Shown here one piece after another: positions 16,424 to 26,647 of a stretch of 39,610 bases of DNA. Within the stretch, counting starts at the first letter, position 1. Every line of letters begins with the position of its first letter. A program made the position numbers and the translations under genes. Source of the stretch: an uncultured Actinomyces sp. (GTDB lineage Bacteria > Actinomycetota > Actinomycetes > Actinomycetales > Actinomycetaceae); NCBI GenBank assembly GCA_916719935.1, contig CAKAPY010000001.1, forward strand, positions 1 to 39,610. The letters run 5' to 3'. Below the pieces are notes generated by a model. It was not told where the DNA came from and did not search any database. It was given only the letters and a program-made list of their open reading frames with translations.

Positions 16424-18137
16424 CACTAGCAAGGCCGACTTCTCCGGCTGGGCCACTGTTGCCGGCGTTAAGTGTACCGACGGCCGTACTATCGGCCACG
16501 ATGCATTTTCGCAGAACGATGGGGCCGTTGTGCCTCTTGTTTGGCAGCACGGTCACGGTGAAGTCACCAATGTTCTCGGTCATGCAATGCTCGAGAACCG
16601 AGGTAAGGGCGTGTACGCCTACGGCTTCTTTAATGGAAGTCAGCAGGCCGATCACGCACGCGAACTGATTGAGCATGGTGATATCAACGCCATGTCGATC
16701 TTCGCAAACCAGCTCCGACAGAATGGACCCATTGTTGAGCATGGAAACATCGTTGAGGTTTCCCTTGTTCTTCGAGGAGCCAATCCCGGAGCTACTATCG
16801 AGAACGTTGCTGTGGCTCACAGCGACGACTCTGGATACTCCGCAGTCATTCGAATCACGGAAGACGACGCGGCTCATGAAGACTTCGAGGGCGGGGAAGA
16901 AGAAACCGCCAACGAAGAAGATTCCTCTCCCGAGGGGGATCGTACCATCGGTGACATTCTCTCGGATCTCACCGAAGAACAGATGGAGGCCGTCAACTAC
17001 TTGATCGCCGCCGCAATCGACATGGAATCCGAAGAGGACTCCGAAGAGGACTCCGAAGAAACCGACGAAGAAACCGACGAAGAGGAAAACATGAAGCACA
17101 ACATCTTCGAGAGCACCGATAAGGACGCTCAGAACACCCTGTCCCACTCGGATTTCGCCGCTATTGTTGAGCGCGCGAAGACGAACGGCACCACCCTGTC
17201 CGAGGAACTGCGTCACGCAGACTACGGTATCGAGAACATCGGCTACCTGTTCCCCGACGCCAAGTCCATCACGGATGAGCCCATTACTCTCGATCGCGAT
17301 CAGAGCTGGGTTTCGGTCGTTATGGGAGGCACCAAGCACTCCCCGTTCGCCCGCATCAAGTCGATCTTCGCGGACATCCGCGATGATAAGGCGAGGGCTA
17401 AGGGTTACGCCAAGAAGGCTGCGAAGAAGACCGATGAGGTTATCAAGCTGCTGATGCGTACCACCTCTCCCACGACCATCTACAAGAAGCAGCGTCTGGA
17501 TCGTGACGACATCGTCGACATCACCGACATGAACGTCGTCTCCTGGCTGAAGAACGAGATGAAGGGCAAGCTCAACGAGGAAATCGCTCGTGCGATCCTC
17601 CTGGGTGACGGCCGTACCGAGTCTGACCCGGATAAGGTGAACGAGGAGGCGATTCGCCCCATCATCAAGGAGAACGAGCTCTACGCGATCCACAAGGCTC
17701 TCGAGCACGACACGACCGACGAGACTCTGGTCGACGACATCGTTCTGGCGTCTGCAGACCTCGAGGGCTCCGGTTCCCCGACGCTGTTCATCGACAAGAA
17801 GCGCCTCGTTTCGCTCCTTCTGCTGAAGGATAAGAACGGTCGTCGCATCTACGAGACCGAGGCTTCCCTTGCCGCTGCTATGGGCGTCTCGAAGATCGTC
17901 ACTGTCCCGCAGATGAACGGTTTCGAGCACCAGGTCAAGGGTGTCGACACCGAACTCCTCGCCATCGTGGTCGACCTGCGCGACTACACGATCGGCTCCA
18001 ACGCCGGTGCTGAGCTGGGTATGGCCGAGACGTTCGACCTGGATTTCAACCAGTACAAGTACCTCATGGAAACGAGGCTGTCGGGTTCTCTGACAGCCCC
18101 GTATTCCGCGCTCACGATTTCTCGCATGAAGGCCTGA
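16401..18137 (+). CDS. Prohead protease-major capsid protein fusion
   Basis: N-terminal FSGWAT...PLVWQH...MSI...EVSLV..GANP protease-like domain, acidic linker, capsid-sized C-terminal domain. Confidence 0.85.
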   Translation: MTVSMDLDTSKADFSGWATVAGVKCTDGRTIGHDAFSQNDGAVVPLVWQHGHGEVTNVLGHAMLENRGKGVYAYGFFNGSQQADHARELIEHGDINAMSIFANQLRQNGPIVEHGNIVEVSLVLRGANPGATIENVAVAHSDDSGYSAVIRITEDDAAHEDFEGGEEETANEEDSSPEGDRTIGDILSDLTEEQMEAVNYLIAAAIDMESEEDSEEDSEETDEETDEEENMKHNIFESTDKDAQNTLSHSDFAAIVERAKTNGTTLSEELRHADYGIENIGYLFPDAKSITDEPITLDRDQSWVSVVMGGTKHSPFARIKSIFADIRDDKARAKGYAKKAAKKTDEVIKLLMRTTSPTTIYKKQRLDRDDIVDITDMNVVSWLKNEMKGKLNEEIARAILLGDGRTESDPDKVNEEAIRPIIKENELYAIHKALEHDTTDETLVDDIVLASADLEGSGSPTLFIDKKRLVSLLLLKDKNGRRIYETEASLAAAMGVSKIVTVPQMNGFEHQVKGVDTELLAIVVDLRDYTIGSNAGAELGMAETFDLDFNQYKYLMETRLSGSLTAPYSALTISRMKA

Positions 18138-18141
18138 GTGC

Positions 18142-18459
18142 ATGTCGAAGTTTAGCGGTAAGCTAGGCTTCGTAACTACGGTAGAGTCGGAGGAAGGTGT
18201 CTATCTGGAGGAACGAAAAGAAGTACCAGCTAAGGGATTCCTTCGCAGGATCTCGAACCGGTATAAGAATTCGGACTCCGTAAACACCAACCTCCGACTC
18301 TCCAACGAAGTTAGCGTAATCGCAACTCCGTGGATGAACAACCATTTGATGGACCTTCGATACGTAGTGTGGAAAGGTTCAAAATGGGAGGTACAATCAG
18401 TATCTATCGATCCACCACGAGTTACGATCAATCTAGGAGGTCTGTATGCGCACGTATAA
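18142..18459 (+). CDS. Head closure / head-tail joining protein
   Basis: Position, size, LRYVVWKGSKWEV. Confidence 0.6.
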   Translation: MSKFSGKLGFVTTVESEEGVYLEERKEVPAKGFLRRISNRYKNSDSVNTNLRLSNEVSVIATPWMNNHLMDLRYVVWKGSKWEVQSVSIDPPRVTINLGGLYAHV

Positions 18460-18751
18460 GGACCTCCTACATCTTCTCAGGAAGGCTGTAGCCCATAACA
18501 GGGTATACTTTCAGCCGCCTGAGAACCTTAAGATGGACTACCCTGCGGTGCTGTTCCATCTGTCCCGTAATAAGTCGACACATGCTTCGGATCGTCGGTA
18601 TAAGGATAGTCTCGAGTACACAGTGACTCTGATCACCAAAGACCCACAACCCGATGCGATCGACGCTATTCTCGACATACCTTACACAACGCTAGACACG
18701 ACATACACCTCTGAGGGTATGAATCACTTCGTGTTTACAACCTACCTCTAA
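18446..18751 (+). CDS. Tail terminator / completion protein
   Basis: VYFQPP...YPAVLF; immediately before major tail gene. Confidence 0.65.
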   Translation: MRTYKDLLHLLRKAVAHNRVYFQPPENLKMDYPAVLFHLSRNKSTHASDRRYKDSLEYTVTLITKDPQPDAIDAILDIPYTTLDTTYTSEGMNHFVFTTYL

Positions 18752-18760
18752 GGAGAAATC

Positions 18761-19414
18761 ATGGCACCCATCAAGTGGGACGAAGAAGGCCAGCACGTTT
18801 ACCAGACTGGCGTCAACAAGGGCGTGTTGTTCCCTTACGACCTCAAGCAGAACCGTTACGGTAACGGCGTGGCCTGGAACGGCCTCAAGTCGGTTTCCGA
18901 GAGTCCGGAAGGCGCTGAGTCTTCGGACGTCTACGCGGATAACATCAAGTACCTGACGCTGATTTCGGCAGAGAACCTGAAGTTCACGATCGAGGCGTAC
19001 ACGTACCCTGACGAGTTCGCAGTGTGCGACGGCACCGCTGCTCTTCTCGCCGGTGTCAACATCGGCCAGCAGCCTCGTTCGCGCTTCGCGTTCTCGTACT
19101 GCACCAAGCTCGGCAACGACACCAAGGGCGACCAGTATGGTGAGCTTCTGCACATCATCTACGGCGCTATGGCGGCACCTTCCGAGAAGGCTTACAACAC
19201 CATCTCGGATTCGCCCGAGGCTATCGCGTTCTCGTGGGAGTGCTCGACGACTCCGATCAACGTGACGGGTGCTCAGCCCACCTCGCTGATCACGATCGAC
19301 TCTACCAAGCTCACCCCCGAGAAGTACAAGAAGATCACCGACAAGCTGTATGGCGTCGCTGGTCCCGCTACGCTGCTCACTCCCGACGAGATTAAGACGC
19401 TCGTGGCGGCATGA
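18761..19414 (+). CDS. Major tail protein
   Basis: GVAWNGL, YADNIKY, IEAYTYPDEF, LHIIYG; strong RBS. Confidence 0.85.
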   Translation: MAPIKWDEEGQHVYQTGVNKGVLFPYDLKQNRYGNGVAWNGLKSVSESPEGAESSDVYADNIKYLTLISAENLKFTIEAYTYPDEFAVCDGTAALLAGVNIGQQPRSRFAFSYCTKLGNDTKGDQYGELLHIIYGAMAAPSEKAYNTISDSPEAIAFSWECSTTPINVTGAQPTSLITIDSTKLTPEKYKKITDKLYGVAGPATLLTPDEIKTLVAA

Positions 19415-19953
19415 TCTCACTAACGCTTGAACTCCCCGGGGAAGAGCGGTTCGACGAGGACTCGTCCACGTTCGTAACCATGCCTTCGTACACTTTACAT
19501 CTAACACACTCACTGGCAGCCGTGAGCAAGTGGGAGTCAGTCTACAAACGCTCGTTTCTAGACAACCCTCCCGCTACTCCGGAAGAAACAGTGTACTATG
19601 TAGAATGTATGTCGGAGGAACCTCTCCCCGGGGATTTCATGCGTCGACTTGATCGAAACGTTCAGGTCAAAATAGCAGAATACATCGCCGACGAAGCCTC
19701 TGCCACTCATCTACTAGACCCGCCTTCCAGGGGCGGACCAAAAGATTCCATGACCAGTGAACTCATCTACTGGTATATGTCGCAGTTTAACATCCCGTAT
19801 GAGTGCGACAAGTGGAATCTAAACAGACTACTTACACTGATTAAGCTTTCCGCCGCTAAACAGGGCGGTAGTAATGCCAGCGCCAGTGCAACAGCAGCTC
19901 AACGAGCAGCTATGAATAAGGCCCGTCGGGCTAAATACAACTCGAAAGGTTAA
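19411..19953 (+). CDS. Putative tail assembly chaperone
   Basis: Follows major tail gene; HSL..SKWES, TSELIYWYM, WNLNRLLTLI. Confidence 0.55.
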   Translation: MISLTLELPGEERFDEDSSTFVTMPSYTLHLTHSLAAVSKWESVYKRSFLDNPPATPEETVYYVECMSEEPLPGDFMRRLDRNVQVKIAEYIADEASATHLLDPPSRGGPKDSMTSELIYWYMSQFNIPYECDKWNLNRLLTLIKLSAAKQGGSNASASATAAQRAAMNKARRAKYNSKG

Positions 19954-19955
19954 TT

Positions 19956-20813
19956 GTGGATTTTTCCAATCTCATTGCTGATAAGCAGTACTTCATCAAC
20001 CGATCGTTTACCCGAGGTCGCGAGGGTAAGGACATCGAGTTCATCGTTCTGCACCACAACGCCGGAGTCCGTCAGTCTACAGAGACTGTAGGTAACTTCT
20101 GGGAAGGCGCCGGAACTTCGGCGCACTACCAGGTCGAGGTCGATGGCACCATCGGACAGACTGTCCATGATTACGATACTGCGTACCATGCCGGTAGCTG
20201 GGAAGCTAACACCAAGTCCATCGGTATCGAGCACGCCAACATCACGGGCCCCAACGATGGAACGCCTTGGGACATCTCTGAAGCCACGATCAAGTATGGT
20301 GGTTACCTTACTGGCGCTCTCTGCTACGGATACGGTCTTGGCTCGCCGACCTGGGGCTGGAATGTGTTCCCGCACTCCGATTTCTCGTCGACTGCCTGCC
20401 CGTTCCAGCTTCGCGACAAGTATCGCGATGCTTATATGGGCTACGCAGTCGAGATGTACAATCGCCTCTCCGGTGGCGAGGTCGCTCCTGCGTACGCTCC
20501 TCCCGCGGTTACCACGGTCGACCGACGAGAGCAGCTCGCTAAGGTCCTGCACTGCTCTGCAGATGCTTCCGACCTGAACCTTCGAGCGCTCGTCCTCGTT
20601 TCCGCGTCCGACTGGGGCGGTAACAACTTCCCGTGCGGTATCGAATTCGCGCAGGAAGTCGTCGGAACCGAGGTCGATGGTGTCTGGGGTGAGCTTTCGG
20701 AAGAGGCTCACGACGAAACCGTTGCTGAGGTTCAGCGAATCCTCGGCGTGACGACCGACGGTATCGTGGGCCCGATCACTGCGACCGAACTTACTCGCGT
20801 GATCAACAACTAA
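19956..20813 (+). CDS. Endolysin: Zn N-acetylmuramoyl-L-alanine amidase plus peptidoglycan-binding repeats
   Basis: IVLHH, SAHY, AYHAG, SIGIEH, PH...TACP; C-terminal DGVWG and DGIVGP. Confidence 0.85.
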   Translation: MDFSNLIADKQYFINRSFTRGREGKDIEFIVLHHNAGVRQSTETVGNFWEGAGTSAHYQVEVDGTIGQTVHDYDTAYHAGSWEANTKSIGIEHANITGPNDGTPWDISEATIKYGGYLTGALCYGYGLGSPTWGWNVFPHSDFSSTACPFQLRDKYRDAYMGYAVEMYNRLSGGEVAPAYAPPAVTTVDRREQLAKVLHCSADASDLNLRALVLVSASDWGGNNFPCGIEFAQEVVGTEVDGVWGELSEEAHDETVAEVQRILGVTTDGIVGPITATELTRVINN

Positions 20814-20830
20814 CAGAAAGGAGGGCCGTC

Positions 20831-21199
20831 ATGATTGAGATGAGTTTCAAAGGAGACTTCGACACGTCAAAATGGCTGCAAAGAGTAAAGGATCAGAACC
20901 TTCGTTCTGTACTTGGCGATGCGGCCTCACGTGGTCTGGCGGCCCTCCAATCTGCAACCCCGGAAAAGACTGGTAAAACAGCCAGTTCCTGGGCTTACAA
21001 GACGGTTAAAACCAGTCGAGGTATTAAGATCGTCTGGTATAACACCCATGTTGTTGATGGAGTGCCTATTGCCATCATCCTGCAATACGGACACGGTACT
21101 AGGCAGGGCGGATACGTAAAGGGTCAAGATTACATTAACCCTGCTATGCGCCCGATTTTCAAAGAGATCGATGAAATGGTGAGAAAGGCACTCGAGTAA
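20831..21199 (+). CDS. HK97 gp10-like neck/tail completion protein
   Basis: TPEKTGKTASSW, LQYGHGT, YINPA. Confidence 0.7.
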   Translation: MIEMSFKGDFDTSKWLQRVKDQNLRSVLGDAASRGLAALQSATPEKTGKTASSWAYKTVKTSRGIKIVWYNTHVVDGVPIAIILQYGHGTRQGGYVKGQDYINPAMRPIFKEIDEMVRKALE

Positions 21200-21200
21200 C

Positions 21201-24200
21201 ATGGCAAAGTCTATTGAAAACAAGGTCGTGAGTCTTGAACTCGACGACTCCAAGTTCTCCTCCAAGGTCGAGGGTGTTCTTAAGAACGTCACCCGGCTCA
21301 AGGAGGGAATGAACTTCAAGACTGCAACAACCGGTCTTGATGGAATCAACCCGGCAGCCCAGAACGCTGCTAAGGGTATGAATGGCCTCGCCACCAGTGT
21401 TAAGAATGTAAACACTACCATCAACGGGGCCTCTTCAGGCGCAACTGCGGGTACGGCGAACATCGGTGCTGTCGCTAAGCAGACCTCGACGAACTTTACA
21501 ATGCTCGGTGGTGCCGCTTCTGTCGCACTCGGTAATATCGCGTCGAAGGCTATTATGGCCGGAGGCTCGATGCTCAGCTCCTTCGCGTTCGGACCGATTC
21601 TGGATGGCTTCCGTGAATACGAGAACCAGCTTAACGCGGTTCAGACTATTCAGGCCAACACCTTCTCCAAGGGTGAGACTGTAGCCACTATTAACGCGGC
21701 CCTCGACGAGCTGAACCAGTACGCTGATAAGACGATTTACTCGTTCAGTGAAATGACCAAGAACATTGGTATGTTCACATCAGCAGGCGTCGGTCTGAAG
21801 GAATCGGTCTCCTCGATTAAGGGCCTTTCCAACGTGGCCGCTATGTCTGGTGCGTCTTCGGCACAGGCAGCCACGGCTATGTACCAGCTTTCGCAGGCAC
21901 TGTCAACAGGTGTCGTGAAGCTGCAGGACTGGAACTCGATCGTCAACGCTGGTATGGGCGGCGAACAGTTCCAGGAATCGCTTAAACGAACTGCTCGAAC
22001 CTATGGTGTCGCAGTCGACGAGATCATCGAGAAGAAGGGTTCATTCAGGAACTCTCTGGCTGATGGTTGGCTTACATCGGAGATTATGATCGAGACGCTC
22101 GCCCAGTATACTGGCGATCTCTCTAAAGAACAGCTCCTGAACGCCGGTTACACCGAAGAGCAGACTGAAGAAATCATGAAGCTCGCGGAGACCGCAAACG
22201 ATGCCGCTACGAAGGTTAAGACTTTCGCTCAGCTTATGGACACCGTTGCAGAATCCCTGGGCTCTGGTTGGGCGTCTCTGTTCCGAACCTTCTTCGGCGA
22301 CTTCGAGCGAGCTAAAACGCTCTGGACTGGCGTCAGTGACGTCGTCAACGGTGGTATTAGCGCGTTCTTCGATGCGATGCAGGGGATCTTGGATCGCTGG
22401 GACGAGCTCGGTGGATGGTATGAGTGGTGGTATGCTCTTGGAGATCTTTGGAAGGCCGTGTCAAAGCCACTCATTGCAATCGGTAAGGCAGTCAAGGATG
22501 TTTTTACCGGCGATGCTGGCGCAGCGCTATTCGAATTCTCGAAGTTCCTCCACCACGAAATCGCCAACTGGCTGATCATGTCTGACCAGATGGCATCCGA
22601 CATCGGTCGAATCTTCAAAATGGTAGCCCAAATCATCTGGCCGGTGGTTAAGGCACTGTTCGGATTCGGAGCTGCAATCGGTCAGGTGGTTATCGCTGCG
22701 ATCAAGATCGGCCTGATCCTTGTTGGAGCCCTAGTTAAACCCCTGCTGCAAGTAGGCGGTAAGATCTCCGATATCGTTGATGTCTTCGCTAACTGGTTCA
22801 GTCAAATGACCGGTGGCACGGACATCCTTGGAGCTCTCGGATCTGTCCTTAGCACGGTGGTTGGATGGGTTCAGTCTCTTGCAGATTGGTTCGTCCAGCT
22901 CACGAGTCTCGCGATCGCGCCATTCTTCAATGGAATCCGTACGGTGATCGAAGCCGTACTTCCTCCTATCGGAGAATTCTTCGGAGTTCTTAAGGATGCC
23001 GTTAAGAATGTGTTTGGACCTCTCGTCGAGGGACTGACTGGCCTCGGCGGATCGTTTGACGCGTTCCTAAACGACACGTCAAGCCCGTTCGGTAAGATCA
23101 CCAGGATCATTCAGGACTGGGGTATCTCCTTCTATAAGTCTATGGAAGGCGTCGCTAAGGAGATCGGACCCAAGTGGTCGGCGAAGGTCAAGGCTTTCGG
23201 TGATTCCATCAAGCCGATCACCGAGAACCTCGGTAAGGGTCTAGGGACAGCAGTCAGTAACGCATCCAAGGCTCTCGGTAGCTTCTGGGAAGAATCCAAG
23301 CCCGGTCTACTCCTAGCTTGGAATGAAACCATCAAATCCGTCTCGGAAGCCTTCAAGAGGTTCGGCGAAAAGATTAAAGAAGTCGGGGATATTATCGCTG
23401 GCTTCTTTGGACCTCAGATCGACGCTGTCAAGAATTTCGGCCAAGCAGTTGGTGACGGCTTTAAGCGCATCGGCGAAGGACTGACTTTCAGCTCGGCGTT
23501 CTCCGGAATCTCTAACGGATTCATGACGATGATCGATTCGTTCGGACCTCTGGGCGATCTTATCGAAATTGTCGTGGATCTATTCGGAAAGCTCGGACAG
23601 ACACTGAAGAATATCAAGGATAATATCCTTGAGGGGGTCTCTACATCTGGATCTACGCTTAATAAGGTTCTCGGTGGGTTCGCACAGACGGTTCGAAGCG
23701 CATTCGATGCTTTCGGTATTCTAGGCGCCGTCCTAGTGTCGGTAGCTAAGGGTTTCACAGCTCTAGCTACAGCGGCTATGACTGCGATCTCGACTCTGAT
23801 TGGTGGACTCACGTCAGGTCTCGGTGCAATTAAGGACTTCGCGGCCAGCTCTGATGCATTCGCTTCATTCAAGAAGAACATCGGAACATCCCTAAAAAAC
23901 GTCGGGGATATGATTTATGGTTTCTGGATCGGCCTAGGCGATAGTCTGAAGAAAATGTCGCTGAGCGACATTCTAAGCGGTGCTCTTCTTGGTGGCGGTC
24001 TTGCTATGGGTTTCAAGACTCTTCAGAACCTACTTGGTGGGTTCCAGAGTATTACCGACTCAGCGAGCGGCCTTATGGGTAAGATCAGCGGTGTGTTTGG
24101 CGAGCTTAAGACTGCTCTTAGCTCGCTGACTGAAGCCATCAAGGCTAAGACACTGCGAGATATTGCCGTCTCCATCTTGATTCTAGTTGGAGCGCTATTC

Positions 24201-26642
24201 ATCTTGGCTATGCTCCCGGCAGACAAGCTAATTCAAGGCGCAATCGCTATCGGGGTCCTGGCTAAGATTCTCACCACTGCTCTATCTAGCCTGTTCGCGA
24301 TCAAGACCGACCTTAAGAAGATGAGTGCTCTGTTTGGGGCTCTCTTCATGCTTAGTGGCGCGCTGCTTGTACTGTCTATCGCAGTCGCTATCATGGGCTC
24401 TATGGATGTTAAGACCCTCGGACAGGGTCTTATCGCCATCGGACTCATGGTCGAGGGTATGGCGAGGGTAGTCGATAAGATGGCCTCCAAAGAGAAGAAG
24501 ATGGTCTCCGGTGTAGCAGCGCTACTAGGGATGGCAGTCGCAATTAACCTATTGGTCGCGCCGGTTGCGCTTCTTGGCTTACTTCCCACGGGAGTAATCA
24601 CCCAAGGTTTGATCGCAGTCGGCCTGCTAATGGCCGGTATCGCTGCCTTCGTCAAGTACATTGATGACAGCAAAGACTCCTTGGGGCAGATGGTCGGCAC
24701 TGCAGTGGTACTGAACCAACTCGCGGGAGCTATCGCCGTTCTGGCTGGTGTTGTGGCACTACTCGGCACGATTCCAACGGGTACCTTGATTCAAGGCATC
24801 CTCGGAATGGCGGCCGTAATGGTCATGATGGTTCTAACCGTGAATAACATCGAGGTGAAATCTCTAACCGGAGTATTTAGTTTGGTTATCATGGCCGGTG
24901 CCATGCTTATCGCAGCTAAGGCACTGGAAGAGATTGCCAGCATGTCGTGGGGCGATTACCTTAGCGCTGTATTTAGACTGGGTCTTGTAATTGCAGGCCT
25001 CGTCTATGCCGCAAACTCCGCGGAAGCTTCTCTAGAAGGTGTTGGTGCAGTTGCGTTGCTCGCTGGTGCAGTTCTACTCCTAGCTGGTGCGCTTTCCATT
25101 ATCGGAGGCATGAGTATGGAGCAGATCGGTAACGCACTGCTCGGTCTGGCTGGCGGTCTGATTATTCTGCTAGGCGCAGCTGCAATCGCACAGTTTGTGA
25201 CTCCAGGGCTTCTTGCTCTTGCGCTTGCTATCGCTGCTATCGGAGCGACCGTAGTCGGAGTTCTAGCTGGCATTACCATTCTGGTGATGGCCTTTACGGC
25301 ATTTATCAGCGTGATCAGTATGGCGGGACCAGCTATCGGTACTGGTATGGTAGCAATTGCTTCTGGTATCGCAGCGGGTGCGGCCATCATTGCGGCGGCA
25401 TCCCCGGCAATTGAGGCGGCGCTGGTGGGCGTAGCAAATGCTGTTCGAAACGCAGCCCCAGCTCTTGGTAAGGCTCTGAAGGCCATGATTAAGGCCCTCG
25501 GTCCGGCTCTTGTCGAACTTATCAAGGTCTTGGGTGATGGCGTTAGGCAGCTCGCTATCGAACTGATCCGTATCATCACCGAACAAGGACCAGGTTTGAT
25601 CGGGGCCGCTCTCGGGCTCGTGGTAAGCCTATTGGATCAGCTCGTAGATAACCTACCTACGATCCTCACGAGGCTGTTTGAGATTCTCGATATGGTGCTC
25701 GCCGCTATCGATGGATACCTGCCTACATTCGCAGCTCACCTGCTCTCCTGGCTAACCTCGATTCTTGATTTCCTACAGCAATTGACTCCGCTGGTACTCC
25801 AATTCGTTCTGAATTTGGTTATTAGCATCATCAATACTCTCGCCGAGAACATACCGCAGATGGTTGAAGCAGGTGTTAACCTGATTAACGCGTGGTTGAC
25901 GGGTATGGCTAGTATGGCGGCTGGAATTATTGATGCAGCGTTCAATGCTCTTATCACGTTTATCAACGCATTCTCGAATGCAATCGATCAGCGTGGTCCC
26001 GAGCTAAAAGCAGCTGTTAGTAAGCTAGTCAATAGTATCAAGAATTTCATCTTCGGCGACATTAACAATGTTGCTGGCGACATCGGATCCCACGCTATGT
26101 CAATCGGTAGAAACATAATTGACGGTATCGTGAACGGCATTAATAACGCTAAGAATGCAGTCATCAACCTGATGCGTAACCTTGCGAGTAGCTGTCTCGA
26201 TACCGTCAAGAGCTTCCTCGGCATTCACTCACCATCAAGGAAGTTCGCCGAAGTCGCGAAGTTCATGATGCTTGGCATGTCAAAGGGCCTCGGAGACAAT
26301 GAGGACATGGTTTACCGCGATCTGAAGGATATTTCCGAGAAGATTCTCGACACCATGGACGTCAACATGGATTACGCGCCTGTGATTAAGCCCACAGTCG
26401 ATACGTCCGAGATCCAAAGCCTACGCGACCTAGAACTAAGCGGCGTTCACGCGTCCGTTATTGGTTCATCGGTTCAAAATGGCAGCCAAATGCAGCAAGA
26501 GATCCGAGCACTCCGCGAGGAACTGAAGAACAACCAGACCCCAACGGTCTTCAACCAGTACAATACGTCTCCCAAGGCGCTTGATCTGAACGAGATCTAT
26601 CGTCAGACCGAACGCCAGATCGAACGAATGAAAAGGATTTGA
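21201..26642 (+). CDS. Tape measure protein
   Basis: 1813 aa, Ala/Gly-rich, QLSQAL..G.VKLQDWNS, many hydrophobic segments, LGIHSPSR near C-terminus. Confidence 0.92.
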   Translation: MAKSIENKVVSLELDDSKFSSKVEGVLKNVTRLKEGMNFKTATTGLDGINPAAQNAAKGMNGLATSVKNVNTTINGASSGATAGTANIGAVAKQTSTNFTMLGGAASVALGNIASKAIMAGGSMLSSFAFGPILDGFREYENQLNAVQTIQANTFSKGETVATINAALDELNQYADKTIYSFSEMTKNIGMFTSAGVGLKESVSSIKGLSNVAAMSGASSAQAATAMYQLSQALSTGVVKLQDWNSIVNAGMGGEQFQESLKRTARTYGVAVDEIIEKKGSFRNSLADGWLTSEIMIETLAQYTGDLSKEQLLNAGYTEEQTEEIMKLAETANDAATKVKTFAQLMDTVAESLGSGWASLFRTFFGDFERAKTLWTGVSDVVNGGISAFFDAMQGILDRWDELGGWYEWWYALGDLWKAVSKPLIAIGKAVKDVFTGDAGAALFEFSKFLHHEIANWLIMSDQMASDIGRIFKMVAQIIWPVVKALFGFGAAIGQVVIAAIKIGLILVGALVKPLLQVGGKISDIVDVFANWFSQMTGGTDILGALGSVLSTVVGWVQSLADWFVQLTSLAIAPFFNGIRTVIEAVLPPIGEFFGVLKDAVKNVFGPLVEGLTGLGGSFDAFLNDTSSPFGKITRIIQDWGISFYKSMEGVAKEIGPKWSAKVKAFGDSIKPITENLGKGLGTAVSNASKALGSFWEESKPGLLLAWNETIKSVSEAFKRFGEKIKEVGDIIAGFFGPQIDAVKNFGQAVGDGFKRIGEGLTFSSAFSGISNGFMTMIDSFGPLGDLIEIVVDLFGKLGQTLKNIKDNILEGVSTSGSTLNKVLGGFAQTVRSAFDAFGILGAVLVSVAKGFTALATAAMTAISTLIGGLTSGLGAIKDFAASSDAFASFKKNIGTSLKNVGDMIYGFWIGLGDSLKKMSLSDILSGALLGGGLAMGFKTLQNLLGGFQSITDSASGLMGKISGVFGELKTALSSLTEAIKAKTLRDIAVSILILVGALFILAMLPADKLIQGAIAIGVLAKILTTALSSLFAIKTDLKKMSALFGALFMLSGALLVLSIAVAIMGSMDVKTLGQGLIAIGLMVEGMARVVDKMASKEKKMVSGVAALLGMAVAINLLVAPVALLGLLPTGVITQGLIAVGLLMAGIAAFVKYIDDSKDSLGQMVGTAVVLNQLAGAIAVLAGVVALLGTIPTGTLIQGILGMAAVMVMMVLTVNNIEVKSLTGVFSLVIMAGAMLIAAKALEEIASMSWGDYLSAVFRLGLVIAGLVYAANSAEASLEGVGAVALLAGAVLLLAGALSIIGGMSMEQIGNALLGLAGGLIILLGAAAIAQFVTPGLLALALAIAAIGATVVGVLAGITILVMAFTAFISVISMAGPAIGTGMVAIASGIAAGAAIIAAASPAIEAALVGVANAVRNAAPALGKALKAMIKALGPALVELIKVLGDGVRQLAIELIRIITEQGPGLIGAALGLVVSLLDQLVDNLPTILTRLFEILDMVLAAIDGYLPTFAAHLLSWLTSILDFLQQLTPLVLQFVLNLVISIINTLAENIPQMVEAGVNLINAWLTGMASMAAGIIDAAFNALITFINAFSNAIDQRGPELKAAVSKLVNSIKNFIFGDINNVAGDIGSHAMSIGRNIIDGIVNGINNAKNAVINLMRNLASSCLDTVKSFLGIHSPSRKFAEVAKFMMLGMSKGLGDNEDMVYRDLKDISEKILDTMDVNMDYAPVIKPTVDTSEIQSLRDLELSGVHASVIGSSVQNGSQMQQEIRALREELKNNQTPTVFNQYNTSPKALDLNEIYRQTERQIERMKRI

Positions 26643-26647
26643 TCGTC

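Noticed and set aside
16332..18143. 603-aa minus-strand ORF and other long antisense ORFs
   Set aside because: Shadows of codon-biased + strand genes with no recognisable motifs
19411..19953. Programmed frameshift in tail chaperone
   Set aside because: No overlapping second chaperone ORF; the next gene is an amidase
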